Source of the DNA: Ophelia neglecta
Taxonomy: Eukaryota
Direction of reading: 5' to 3'
Assembly: GCA_965285935.1 (NCBI GenBank)
Contig: OZ260663.1
Span: 16,244,001-16,308,000 of the forward strand
DNA: 64,000 bases
Translations under genes and position numbers: made by a program
The notes under the pieces: generated by a model
What the model saw: only the letters and a program-made list of their open reading frames with translations
What the model was told of the DNA's origin: nothing
Databases searched by the model: none
Part shown: positions 1-14,110 of the stretch, one piece after another
Layout of the letters: each line of letters begins with the position of its first letter
Numbering within the stretch: position 1 is the stretch's first letter

Positions 1-2032
1 ATGAGTATAACTGTGAAAGTCGCAACCGTTGCCTTCCGCACCACCTGGTGGCGGTGCGTAACGTGGCTCGAGCACTGGCGCGCTTTGCCAGATTAGTTAG
101 AATCATGTTTGGATCAAAATGATATGCACTTTTTGTTTGGTGATCTTAATTCTGTTTTATTGTGATACCCACGCACGATGCGCGGCTATGCCTTCATCAT
201 ATTAAGAGAGCTCACTGTGCATCATCGGGAAATTACCGCACATTTGCAGCTAGTGAAAGTTCAATTCATTTCATGTTAGTATGGCTTCCGGTGGGATTAT
301 GAAAATACTTTGGGTGTACTGCCAATACAATCGTTCATCCCGGCCATAACTCGAAGAGGATAAGTCCATACGACAAACAGCTCCCCTGAGTGGCTAGTAA
401 AACGGTTATAAACATGAACAATAACCCTTCAGGGTCTGGTTCATCACGCTCCTATATATATCAAGCCCTGCAAACCTGTTTTAGACCATAAACAAGGTGG
501 AGTTGCCATTCGCCCGATGGCGTTTTGCTCTTTTGCTTATTACGTTTGACCATCAACCATACTGCACTGGGTATGTTCCGATAAAAACAATAATTCAACG
601 GTAATCCTCGGGCCGGAACTAAGGGGACGTCAGTGGCAGATAATAAATTTTTAACTTTTGGAAAGGCAACATTTCGAAGTGATAGAATGCAATTGATGGC
701 ATACAAAGTCCCAAGAACCCTGCCCTCGTTTTCTGTGTAAACTTTTAATTTATAATATTATCGATCTGTTTTGTAGAAGGTTGAAAACGGATTTTATTCT
801 TGGACAAAATGACATTTGAGATCGATGTATTTATTTATTTATTTACATTCCTTGCCTTAACAAGAGCACAATACAAGATAATTTAAATTAAAATAAATGT
901 AGATTATAATTCATGTGCTAGGATTGCACATGTCACAGTAGTAGAAAAAAAGTCACTATGGTGTGATATATGCATGCTTGTTCAAGACTAGCAGTTATAT
1001 TCTGTTTAACCCAGACCGATGATAGTATTTCTTCCAAGGAACGTCGCTATCAATTCAGAAATAGAATATTGACATAATATATAACAAAAAATGCGTTTTT
1101 TACTTCATTTAGCATTGAAACTTTTATGTAACTACTGCGTTCGGTATGCTACCCTTAAGATGCCACATTAGCAGTACAAAAAATAACGGCTTGGCATGGC
1201 GATGTATGAAAATAGAAAACGGTGGCTTACCTGAAAAATTTATTATATATTATATAAATGATATCAAGCAATCATAATATAATACAAGAACCAAATAAAA
1301 CATTTTCATTTAAAATGATAACGTTGAATCCGTTTCCCCGCACGCATTCAGTCTGTCAATAATTTGTCGATTTGCAAAATAATAATCCATATGGTTATAA
1401 TAAAACAACCTCTTTCACTTCTATGCTTCTATATTTAAAACATTTTGAAACGAACTCTGTTCTCCAATGCCATTTCTGTATTCGTTATGCAAAATTTAAG
1501 CATAAGACTGATCTTTTAGGTAGGTATACAAGTCATTTCCCTCCTTACTAGACATAACTAGGGTGTAATGAAATCACAGCGTTAAAATTCATGCCTTGCC
1601 CTTACTTTATATGGCATATAGAATCACTCCTATCAGACTATGGTGTCCGTTTCCAATATTAAGCTCTATTATTCAGTTAAGGCAGTGTACAGCTCTATTA
1701 TCGAACACCTGGATTCCGAATAGCTTTGATTAGGTTGTGGTAGCAATACATCATAAACATGGCAACATGTTATTTAATTGATGGAGACATCAGGGTACAG
1801 GAACAGGTTATTCAGTTAAAAGCAACACGCAATTCCAATTTTTACGTTTTAGAAATTAATCGACCATAACCAACTATGACATGTGCACGCCATCAATGGG
1901 TGTAGTTATTATAAGACCGTTGGTGAACTTCACCTTAAAGGACAAGGTATTTACTTGTTTAAAACGACTTGCTCCTTCATTACCTTGCAAAAACGAACGT
2001 TCAAATATTTCAAGTGACAAAATATAGATATG

Positions 2033-2696
2033 TTTATCACGTTTGTATAGGTGGCACTTTCAAACATGGTTGTTGGAATCCAAAATACAGACAGAGCACA
2101 TATCATACTGTTCAGCAAGTATATTTGATATCCAAATAGAGAAGATATTTGTATATTAAGGTACCTTCATCTACAATGTATGCCTGCTTTACAGATATGT
2201 TTGTTACTCGTATTATTGTCAGGCATGGATATCTTCCAACTGTGCTGGTTCTTCGGTCCTAAGATACCATAGGTAATCGTATAAGACCCATGTTGTGTAC
2301 GGCAAAGCTGGTATAATTTCAACACTTGATGTGTAGAGTTTTGTGGCTCAGGCCATTGAAACGTCCTACCTGATACGTTCTAAAACAGAATATTTCTTGT
2401 ATTTCGTTACTGACTTTGAAAGTCATATGTTATTCATAAGACATAGGCCATTCATATTTGTTATGGCACTGGCGCCATTTTTTCTGTTCGGATACATGAC
2501 CGCTGAGCTGGTACATTTTCAGTAAATCATTAGCTTCGTTTGCTGAGGTCATAGAGGAAAACTTCTCTCTATATTTATCACTTATGTATAGGTGGCACAT
2601 TCAATCATGGTTGTTGGAATCCAAAATACAGACAGAGCACATATCATGCTGTTCAGCAAGTGTTATTGATATCCAAGTCAATACTCGTATTGTTGT
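2033..2696. repeat. Dispersed direct repeat of ~100 bp (copies ~2033-2135 and ~2574-2676)
   Basis: TGTATAGGTGGCAC(T/A)TTCAA(A/T)CATGGTTGTTGGAATCCAAAATACAGACAGAGCACATATCAT(A/G)CTGTTCAGCAAGT occurs twice ~540 bp apart with few substitutions. Confidence 0.85.
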
Positions 2697-5600
2697 ACAA
2701 TGCTCAAGTTGACACAACACTTATTAATACGGGACAACATGTCATCGCCTTGTAGATTTATGTCATTCAAGCACGTCGGCCGGCCCCTGAAATTATAATG
2801 ACAAATTATTTATGTCTTCGCTATATATACGCCCTGCTATTTCGTTTAATATTATGTTGTATACTTCTGTAGCTAGTGTTTAGCAAGTATTTAAGTATGA
2901 TCCCAAGTGTCTAGAATGCTATGATTGCCTTTTACGAAGCAGCCACAGCAATTATGTATATATATAAAACATTAACGGTGCATGCATTGCTAAACAGTTA
3001 TGGGCTTATATGAAATATTAATGGCTTGCGTCTGTTGGCCCCGGCTCCACTATGCATTTGCTATACTCGTCGGTGGTACATTTAGGTAACACGGCAGGTT
3101 GAAGGTACATGTGTTCCATATATATGTACTCGTTTTAAATAATGAACCTTCATTCCTTGACACAGGCTTCGCCACACATCATTATAGCTCTGGTTTATTC
3201 TTTAATACGTCACTTTTTTATGGGTCTGAGTTAGTAAAATTATCACACCTAAGTGCACCCACTTACATGTAAACAGTTGTTGTGTGAAGTGATTGCACTG
3301 GTATTGTTCGTTACCTCTTTATGTCACTACTAGTGATTTATAAGCTACCAACAGTACACGCGCTGCTCTGGGGTCTATGCTACCTACATTAATTATCTTT
3401 AGTAAAATGTCCATGCAGGTATACTCGTTTATTTTACTATATATGCGAACATTATTAATATTAATTCTTGTTCCAAACAATGTATTTAATTGTGTCTCAT
3501 TAAATGAAGTGTTCTTTAGATCAAATATATTTATACGCCAGCACTTATCACACTTGGAACTGTGTTAATTAGCAGAATTGTAAGGATTGGACTTGGTACC
3601 TCTAGATTGGGTCATGGTCGCAAATTGATTCACTATATTACGATTTCAATCATAATGAAAGTTTAGAGGCAAGCCAATGCTATTACAGGAGTCAATCTTG
3701 CTGCCTGATGACTTGCTTTTAGTGTGTGAAATGGGACTTCGTAGATGAAAAAACTTCTGATGGTAGGTATTCCTATCTGGGTCGAAAAATGGAAATACTC
3801 TCATAGAACTGTTTGACTCTATATCTTCATACACAAAAATAAAAAAATAGTGACATTTCATGACTTTGATGGAACACTTTCTTTGCACGTGGTAAAGTGT
3901 ATATATAAGGCCCATGGGTATAATTTCTTTGTTCATGTTTTGACTGTTATTTGTCTTTATTTAGCTGCATACATAAATCATCCCACGGCGCATTTCAAGT
4001 AGCAGCTTTGTTTCTCATGAAGTGGTTTATGTTATGTCATATGAAGAGAAGGGCGATCCATCATTTATATCATAAGCGTGTATTAGACAAAGCTCAAGGC
4101 TTCAAAACGCAAAATATAAGCTGTATCAGAAGACTTATATTTGGTTATGGTCTGTCTATACTTTTCAATTTGCAACAGGCACCGAAGGCGATAAAGGGGC
4201 CGAAATTGATTAACAAAACGTAGACTTGTATTAATGCATATCAAATGCGGTCTAACATTTTATTCTTAAAATGACTTTAATCACAGGCCATGGTTTAATA
4301 CAAAACCAAAATATTGTTAAATGCACGATGCAAACATGCTTCATGACGCGTAATTCTATTGGCATACCTGCAAACGCTTTTGGGGATATTGGACCCATAA
4401 AAAGCTTCTTTTTACAAATATACAAGCATATTGTGTACATTATGTTAGGTTTGTTATAATTTCAGCCTCGTCAGTCCTGTCCTATGGAGAAAAAAACTCT
4501 TTTGGTAGTATTATGCAGATATTCATTATCTTCTTTTGGTTTGTGTTGCGAATTCCCGACTAAAATGACCGGAAATTAAAACTTCAAAGAAGAACACTTT
4601 TTCCTAATCAAAGCCCCCCTTGTTCAAGCCGATAGGAGAAAGATCTTCATTGGACCCTTTCAAGTTGTTAACGGGCGACCTTTAGTATCAAGTCGTTGTC
4701 CCTTTAACAGTATGCAAATTGTACTTGTCCTAAAGAGTGGCATTTGACTTGTCTAAGTATATAGATTCTAGGTTAGCAAACCGCGCACCTGCAGTACCGT
4801 TAACAGTGTGTTAAATGTACACAGTCGACAGAAAGTACACCTACATTCAATAGACACGATTTAGGCGAGGTGCGAAAATGGATTCTTGGCATGTGTTTCT
4901 TTTCAAGAGCAAAAATAATAGCTTCAGACATGTGCTTGGTTATTCACCTGTAAAATTGAAGAGGCAATACTCGAAATAAGTGCCAGTTTATTTCTGTATA
5001 AGCCAACATCTCGCCCTGTTGTGCATGGATCTTAAATGCTTTTTACATCTTGCCGGGGATCTATTACCTTTTAATTTTATTCTCTGATATTACCATGGCA
5101 TTAACGCTGCAGGACTTTGTGCCTTTCAAACGGTGTTCGATTAGGGCCAAGGAGCTCACTGCATGATGTTCAGTGTAAGCTATTCATTACATTCTGTGCC
5201 TCTTTTCAATTTACATATACAATAAGTGGTGTCATCTTTCACCAAAAAAAAGGCTTAAGCTTTGTGTGTACCTGTAACAAGGAAGACACTTGGCGCGAAA
5301 TTTGCCATTCTACATCAACACTTAAGATAGACTATATAATAAATGAGCATGCTATATGTTTTACCTTCTTTATGATGGTAGTATGATAATGATGTAAAAC
5401 CTTCAAAGCGAATGACAATCATCAGTTATCTTGACTTGTACTTTGCATACACGATAAAGTAAGGAATGAAAACCTTACCTCTCCATTATACATCCCTTTA
5501 TATCAATTCGTTTTTTCCTCTGGCATGCATGATTTACTCAATACCCTTTACTTTCACTATCCTTTTATAAAGTGCCATAGTTAGACCAGTATTTTCCAGC

Positions 5601-7988
5601 CACTTGATTCATATTTATTCACAGGTTACATTGCAGTTGCAAATACAATTTAACCTGTGACTGCTAAAAGCCACTACCATTCCCTAATCATATAGCTGCA
5701 CCTCAAGATGCCTTAAGTCTTATGATTCAAAAGCAGACTTTGCAGGGTCATGCAATGAACAAGTTCAGCCCCAGCATTAACAATAATTCGCAATCTTGTT
5801 GCCATATATTTGAGCACGTCTCCTTTTTTCCTCTACTTGCCATCTGTCAGATGTGATCTTGTCTGTATAATTGGCAAGCCGAAGGCTGTGGCAAATGTTA
5901 ATACATTACGATCTTACGCTATAAGTGTTAGAGAAGGAATGAGATTATGGCCATAAATGTGAATTAATTCCAAGAAAATAATACCAGTCGAGTACTCTAA
6001 GACACGCAGTGCTCAACATTAAGCATTGCTTACTACACCATCTTGGTAAAACACGATTTTTTTAAAGAGACTGTCCATTCATCTGTAAAACAGGCTTAAA
6101 TTTGGAACGTGTCTCAACATGGGCGACTTAGGGTATACCGATGAAGACCATTGCGCTTTTGTGTCTAAAGTAGGCTGTGAAAGAAGCTATTTAAAACCAG
6201 CCACATCATGTATATGTACAACTTGCTTGATAAGAAAAAATATCAACGGATTTTATTTGAAACACTACAGCGTATATCTTTTCACTTGCAGAATTAAACC
6301 AAAATCGTCCTACCAAGGTTTGAATTGACCATTATTCACCAAGAATGCATAAATCACATCAGACAGCATATACTCCAATAAAACCTATCCGATAAAAGCA
6401 ACTGACAATAAACTATCGTAGTAATATGCAAAAATTGGCTTATCAAAACGACTCCAAAACTGCAAGTGACTTATTCTCAATTTACATTGAAAAAAAATCT
6501 TCCATAGAATATCCTCTATCAGCCATGACACTGTCTGCGTCCACGCTGGTTCTATGGTCTGATGCTATAGATTATGGTACATGCAGGAAGAAGAAGATCA
6601 ATGGCCATGTCCCACCGATGTTGAATAGTAGGACGGGTTTATGATGACAAGAAATAATCTATGTGTCCTTTTGAGTATAAAATCACGTGTGTGTTGTGCA
6701 TATACTTTAAAGGCACCTAGTTCATCACATTGTAAATATAATCCGAATTTTTTGACATTTACAGTGGTACTATGTGTATGTTATTCCATGTGTTTAAACG
6801 AAATTAGCATAACATACACGAATACTTGCAATGCAGACTGGAACCAACAGGCTGTGTTGGTTGAAATAACCAGTAGTGATTGTTACTATTAATATACGAA
6901 AACACATTATCTTGCCTCAGTTATTTGAGGAATTTGTTTTTCCCTGATGCATAACCCATAGGATGATAGACAGAAACACAAGGAGGATGGGTAAATTAAT
7001 GTATATCATTTAGTATTTTGTAGACGGCCACGTCGCAAACCGCCACTAGAACGTTGCCGAAAGACATGTTCTGATTACTCTACAAGGGTGTCCCAGATCA
7101 CTCCTGAGTGCGAATTTTCAGAAGCGAACCCCAAAACCAACATGTTAAATTGAATCAACCACTGTGTATATTTGAACAAAAAGGAAGAGACTCCGTGCCA
7201 ATATGAATTGGATCCCACGGAAATTGGCCCTTAATTCGTCTCCTGTGTTTATAGAATAGGCTTGTTGACACTCGTGTGAAATAAAGTGAAAGTGGTAGCC
7301 TTTTTCAAATACCGCCCTACATAGATTTTGACATTTAAATGCTTAATATATCAGATCTGACGCGTGTCTTGTGCCTTGTGTTCATACAATGAAGTAAATT
7401 TCAATAACTAATGCTAAATCACGTGCACTGAAAATTGACTTCGAACAATGTGTATTGGCCAGTTTGCACAAGTTTTTCACATGAGAAAACTAAAAGCAAT
7501 GCTTTCAGAACAGTGTTACCACCAGTACTTCCCATTCAGTTGATTCAATTAACACTAAGAGTACTTATTGGAAGTGAGCAATTGGACGCTAGTTTTAAAC
7601 ACCATTCAGCCTAGTCGCAGGTCCAATGGATCCTCTTGATGAAATATGTAAGTTCTAGTCGCCTCAATAAGTTAGTTGCCTATATGTTAGATGTGTGAAT
7701 TTAGGAATGCGCCGATCTGGTCTATACTCAATGATCCCTTACTTTAAAGTGCATGATAATTATTATTGGCCATGGCTTTAATAGAGCCATTAACTAAATT
7801 GCATTTATAACATACCTGCGGACTTTCTTTCATCGTATCACCGTGTCATTTCGCATGTCATGTCGTATGTGATCTAGCCAAAGCAGATACAGCAATTAAA
7901 TTATATTTATAGCGGCAACTAAAAGCTGTGGGTCTTAGCGCTAACAAACATTAGCATGCACCTTCTGATTGACCATTACTCGTGTATA

Positions 7989-8165
7989 CAGTGAAACCTG
8001 TGCATTAAGACCACCCAAGGAACTGGAAATGGTTGTCTGATTTTGGAGGTGGTCGGTTTAGACTGGTTATTTCACATTAGAAGTAAACAGCATGGTCCTT
8101 ATTTTAGTGGTCTGAATTGACAGGTGGTCTGATAATAGAGGTTGTCTTTAAGACAGGTTCCACTG
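7989..8165 (+). mobile_element. Family A MITE (pogo/Tc1-mariner-like, ~178 bp)
   Basis: TA|CAGTGAAACCTG...CAGGTTCCACTG|TA; internal GACCACC/GGTGGTC repeats; same sequence recurs about 10 times in the window. Confidence 0.85.
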
Positions 8166-11100
8166 TATATGCTCTTTGCAACTCGGGTGGCCATGCACAT
8201 TCTGACAGCGTGTCTAGTGTGCGTCGGCGACCTGAGAAAATTAAAGGCATCAGAGAAATTATAGCCTTGCCGTCATCATTCATCATACATTTTAGTTTTA
8301 AATCAGTCTCTTTTCTCCCCAAGACAACAGTTAAGGGTCGATAACATTATCAATACATCAGCCGTAGAACTCTCCTATGAGCGAGGATTATATATAAGTA
8401 CGCTTTGGGATCGTTAAAAGTCAACCATTCTTTTTTTGTAATAGATTCTTGTAGTGAGACGCTTGGTCTCATTTAATAGCTTTGCTGTTGTACGAGGGGG
8501 GGAGGGGGAGGTGGGGGGTGGGGGGTCGGAGGGGGTCGGAGGGGGGGGGGACCCATGGCCCGGTTATTGGAAGAGGTCAAAAGTTTCATGATTAGTTTTG
8601 TCAATATGATTAGCTGGTAAACACATTTATCGGTCTATATTGGTCTAAGTTCGAGTCCAGCTTCCACAATGTCCACTTAGTAAGAGTGAAGAGTAAATAA
8701 GCAATTAATCCAGATTTAAAGGTTAAAAACACTTCTAAAAACCGGGAGCTGGAGATTACTAACCCTGAAGGTCATTCTGACAAAACGCAGGAGCGATAGC
8801 CCTTAAATGATTGACTACTTTAAGGAGTCATAGCCTGGCACTCAAAAGTGGAAGTTTATTTCTCCGGAGAATGTTATTTACGATCTAGGCGATCATCCCT
8901 GTCAAGGTTATGTATAACGAGTCCGTCGCTGGAGCTGTAAGCTGGAATATTTTTGATGGTGGCTGCAGGTCGTAGAAGCTGTTGTTCGGTTCTACTTATA
9001 CGCAAATCTAGGATATGAATAATGATCATCTTCGTCTTTCTGTTTATCCCGTTCATAAATCTAGCTTCTTTCTCAATTTTTCTTAATATTTTTATTAAAA
9101 ATGTTTTCGGCGAAGTTTTATGTATGCATATTGGTTGACTGTATCTTTTGGTAAGATGGGAAGGTCTTGTGGTGAGCGGTTCTTATCGAGAAGAAACAAA
9201 AAGGGAAAAATATGAATTGTTAAGCTCTATTGCTTTCAGTTCTGAGGACGCAAGAAAAATAGCAGCAAGTGTCTCCCATCCCCTGCCAAGTCAGTCAATG
9301 GCGAGTGACAAGCCGCATTTGTCACACGGTTGAATTTATTCTACTTAAACTTGTGGTTCTAGTCACCGAGTACATTTCACATTCTTGTGGAGGAGTTGGA
9401 AATAGCATATAAAATTACCTTGTCATTGATACCGTTCAACACCATCAGACTTCAGAAGCAGACTTCAAGTCTGTCAGTTAATATGAACAGTAGCGATATG
9501 GCTGATTCCTTTGTATTCACACTGACACTTTAAGCAATGAAACGGATGCAGGCCTCCTCCTGACCACTCTTCCTTTCTTTCACAAGCGTTTTTAAGAGTT
9601 CATTTTCTGATGGGAGCGTGTTGTTCTTGAAACCCGTCTGTTACTATTAGATCCGCGCCAACTGTGGCGTGTGCATAGTGAGCGCCAATTTTAGGGGCGA
9701 CTGACTGAAGTGCCGTGTGTGAACACAGTACACCAGTTACCACTTGGCTGCAGTGTGGCAAAGATATTGAAAGCAATCAGATCTGTCACTAAAATTGCCT
9801 ATAGGACTATGCGTGTTAACTCCTGTGATGAGAGGACTGCCTCGTTTCACATTTAAGGTACTTTATTTGTTTCTTATACCACCTTGCCTGCCGGGACAAA
9901 AGCTTCATTATATTTATTATCTGCATTTAAACATTTGATTATGTAGCCTTAACAGTGCCGGGAATATCTTACTACACGATGAATACTTTTATTGTTAAAA
10001 TCAATATACTTACTACTTGTACCAAGCTTTTGAACATTTGTGATTTTGCAGTGAGCGATAATGTAGACATATATTAGAATGTGTTCAATATGAATGTTAT
10101 GCCAATATGATTTTACATTGACAATTGACAATGACACGAATAATGGGAAACTCGGTGTAGTCAGTAATAGTTTGTGAGCGTGTGGTAGTGATTAGGCCTT
10201 CACAAGTTGGTCCCGGCCTCAGGCATGGCCGTTTTCTCCGCACTTTGTTCTCTTACATTCGGACGCTGGTAGAATCTTTGATGGAAAGTCACACAGGGTC
10301 ATGTTGTGTTTACCCGTGGCCAATTACCGACAAACTCACCCATTTATCGCTCGGGTGTTGGATACATGTTACACGTTAGGCCAAATGGGCAACATGCTGC
10401 CGAACAGTAGATTTAACTCGCTCAGCATTCATCTGCACAAACGAGAACAACACGTATCGACGGGTTGGTGCCACAATTCGATTTACACAACCGATCCCTG
10501 CCGTGAATACGCCTGCAGAGTAGATCTGGCCCATTTCAAACACACTAAAGCATCTATACCATGTGCGGTCAGTTAGGCTAAACATTTCTGGAATTTGCGA
10601 TGGTAATTCCGAACAAGAATAACATAGATATTGTTTATCCTCGCTGCAGACAAAACCGGCAAAGGCCAATGGCAATCTCGCGGAATCAATACGGCGTGAC
10701 TGTGAAATGGGAGAACCATGGATCAGTATACTGTGGAATAGTGAAATCAGGGGTGAAAAGATGAGTCACTGCACTTGTCTATCATTGGCAAAAACCAGGG
10801 CGGATCCCAACCGGTGAATTGGCGAATAATGGTGAGCTCATCCACAGTACTCGATAGTTAGAATCTCTCGTCGGTAGGGTTACCTTCACCTCGAAAAATT
10901 GTTTTTAACGAACCTGAATATTTCATTTTATAACCAAGTTGTCAGGCCATAAATGAGACTTATCTTATATGTTTAGTATTTATCAGACATGGAATGAGCT
11001 ATTATGCTAAACGAATGACGTTTGCCCAGTTTGTGTCACTGTTCAATGCAAGCCTAATCCCAGCATAAGTGACTCAAGCAGCTGATTGTGACCACGTTTC

Positions 11101-13524
11101 ACGTGCCCTTCCCAAACAGACGGCGGGACATTGACACCATACACAGTTCATTGCATGCACCATATCCGAAAAACCCTAGAGCCATTCGACATTAGTATAG
11201 AGTTTCAGATGGGATATATTCTCTTTATCAGCAGGTTAGTAGCCTGCCCACAACTTGTGCAGGGATATCGCCACCAAAAGCTACCTAGTACTTGTGTTTA
11301 AGGCATCGTATATCATGTCGATGAGGGTACTGGGAGGTCGGGTCGTGATATTACTAAACAAGGATTTACCAGCCAAGATCCAGTATATATTGAAGTGCTG
11401 TGTGTACGGACACCAAGTCAAAAGTATACATATTTCTGGTTACTTATTTTGCTGCGGCGCTTAGCACATGAAGGGATTAAGATCCATTAAATATTACTCA
11501 GGAGAAGTGGTGTGCATATACAACCTTATCTTTGTTTTTTTTATGTCGGTCAATTGTGCGGCTTTAAACATATTGTTTTGAGGTTTATAATGCTATCTCA
11601 TATCAATGCATAGTGGCATTTATATTAGTTCTGAGTGTGTACTGTTTACAAACTAGGATATTTGAAGTGTTCAACAAGCACTTTACTGTTATAGATTGCC
11701 AGGTTAAGTCCAACTTCCACATATTTCCTCCCTATGGTTCTTGACAAAAATCTGATCTTAATCAAACCATTGCGACCAACTTATTACGTGAAATGGTTAT
11801 AATTAGGCCCTGCTGAGGTCAGGCCTGTTGTTATTTCACTCTCCATTGACAGGTGTCAAAGGCCCCTTCTTTTATCAGCGTTGCTATGGAGCCACTATAG
11901 GGGCTTTTACAAACGCCACTTTATAGCATGTCACTTTTATATTAACGAGGTAAGGCAATTCACACAGCCCCTCTGACTGATTTGCATTGAATGCAAGGAC
12001 CCCTATAGTTCATTAAGAAATGATAGATAAGCGTGTTAATATAGAAAATGCAAGCTGTCTATCGGATGATGCTTGCTATAACAAGCTAACCTGTAGTTTG
12101 TTGTTGTAACTATACTCATGGTCAACACTCATTATACAGTATGCTCTGTCAAGGACCTGCAGTCAGAGCCAAGACCTTTTGATGGTAAGGAGCCCCATGA
12201 GAGGATTCCTTGTTGACAAATTTAACGGATTTCAACAAGTTGTTCACACTCTATTGATCTGTGCCAGCCAGAGTTGACAGTACAATCACACTGTTTACGT
12301 ACACCTAGATAAAACTTAATGGCCTAGTTTATTATGTTGTTTAGTTTAAATACTTGTATTTTACAATATATATATATGCAATTGAAACACATAGTCATGT
12401 TGTGTCGCGGCATAAATGATACTTTAAGTTATACATACGACATGCTTAGCAATTTGAAAGGAAGATGACGATAAACTTGATTTTTTATTACAGACGTCAT
12501 TTTTCGAAATTTTATGTCACACGTAACCATTCTTCGCTTTTGGAGAATTGACCTTTTTTTACAAATAATTTGGTAAAGTGCCATCTAAAGAACGAAGTCT
12601 ATTGTTGTTTTGTGTATAGCTAAAGAAATATGAATCGCATTGTCAACTGTCTGGTACAGTTCAAAGACACACCTTGGTATAACAAGCAGTTTTTAGCTGA
12701 TACCTGTGAACCGCATTGTAACAAAACAATGCTTGGGTCACGATGTTGACATAGATACTTGTGAGCAAATGTATTATTCTGCACATACCACACTGCATGG
12801 CAACTGCTACCGAAAAAAAAGTTGCTCACTGCATGGTAGAATGAATACAAAGCAAACGGTGCTTCGGGTGAAAATAGACCCAGTTTAGGACATGCGTTTT
12901 TATCTGCATTAATAAATCACAGCGCCAAAACAGCAAAATAGATCTATTGCGGTGTCAACATACTGGGCGATGTATAGCAAATGGCACAATTTAATTGAAA
13001 CCTCGCCGGTTAAGTTCGCCATTACTTGCTGGTTATATTCTCCGTGGGTACCCACAGACTAATACCGTATCGCTGGGCGGTTGAAGATTTTTTTATTGCG
13101 GTCATTAAAATGGCCTCGTGAATGCTCATCTCATTATTTAAGTTTATATAATCACACAGGATGAATAAGTCTTGGGTTTCTATGGTATCAATTATATCAG
13201 GCCGAATGGAAAGCGGATTTAAGAAATGAATTAGATATCAGTATTTACAGGAATTTTGAATTTTACGAGTTGTTGAGAGGATTTTGTGTGATTGCAAATT
13301 GCTTCACCCATTATCGCAGTATTCCAGCGGCTGTTTACTTAACACTACAGTATATATGCCGAGCATGCAGCACGAGTCTCGCTTCAGTGTTGCCGGACTA
13401 CCACGCGTATATAGCATGACAGTCCATAGCATGGGTGGTCCTTCTATACCTTAACATTGGTTGAATTCTTAAATATTGTTTAAATGGGCCAGTTATCAAG
13501 CACGCACAACAGTCCAATCTCGGT

Positions 13525-14110
13525 GAGGGGGGGGGGGGGGGGGGGGGCAGGGGCGGAGGGGAGGGGAGGAGTCCAGCTGGGGACCAATGCCATTTACAAT
13601 CTAAGTCTTTTCTCGTTTGACAGTTTGACAGCTGTTGCCCTCCCCCTACCTTTAGGTACAATCCTAAAAAAATCCGAAGATCCTCCGAAGTCCTTACCGC
13701 CACAGCCGATCGTCCACCCATTCCACCTCCTCCTCTATCTAGGCCCCACAACTTATTGTTCACTGACTAATCCATCGCGACTTAATATATTAGACCCCCC
13801 CCCCCACCCCCGTTCATTCCCGCGCCCTCCTTAACCGTCACTCTTCTCGCCCTCTCATTTCTACTCCATATCAACCCCCCCCCCCTCCCACCCCCCCCCC
13901 CTCCTTCAATCGCCTTCCAATCCAACGACTTATCGTTCACTGACCAATGCACAACTTCATTTCTACTCCATATCAACCCCCTCCCCCCCTTATCGTTTTC
14001 GCGCTCTCCTTAACCATCATCTCGCCCTCTCGTTTCTACCCCATGTCACCCCCCCCCCCTCCTCCCTCCTTCAGTCGCCTCCCAATCAAAATTGACCCTG
14101 CAAACCTACT
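13525..14110. repeat. G/C-homopolymer-rich low-complexity block with internal duplications
   Basis: Long poly-G and poly-C runs; TTTCTACTCCATATCAACCCC occurs at ~13858 and ~13960; TTAT(T/C)GTTCACTGAC(T/C)AAT at ~13752 and ~13929. Confidence 0.7.

Noticed and set aside
8170-9640. Possible minus-strand exons (donor-like site near 9418, acceptor-like site near 8232)
   Set aside because: Could not be joined into an open, recognisable reading frame; a non-coding transcript cannot be excluded.
10182-10675. Cluster of overlapping 65-99-aa ORFs in a GC-richer patch
   Set aside because: No motif or splice support; may be regulatory or repeat-derived.
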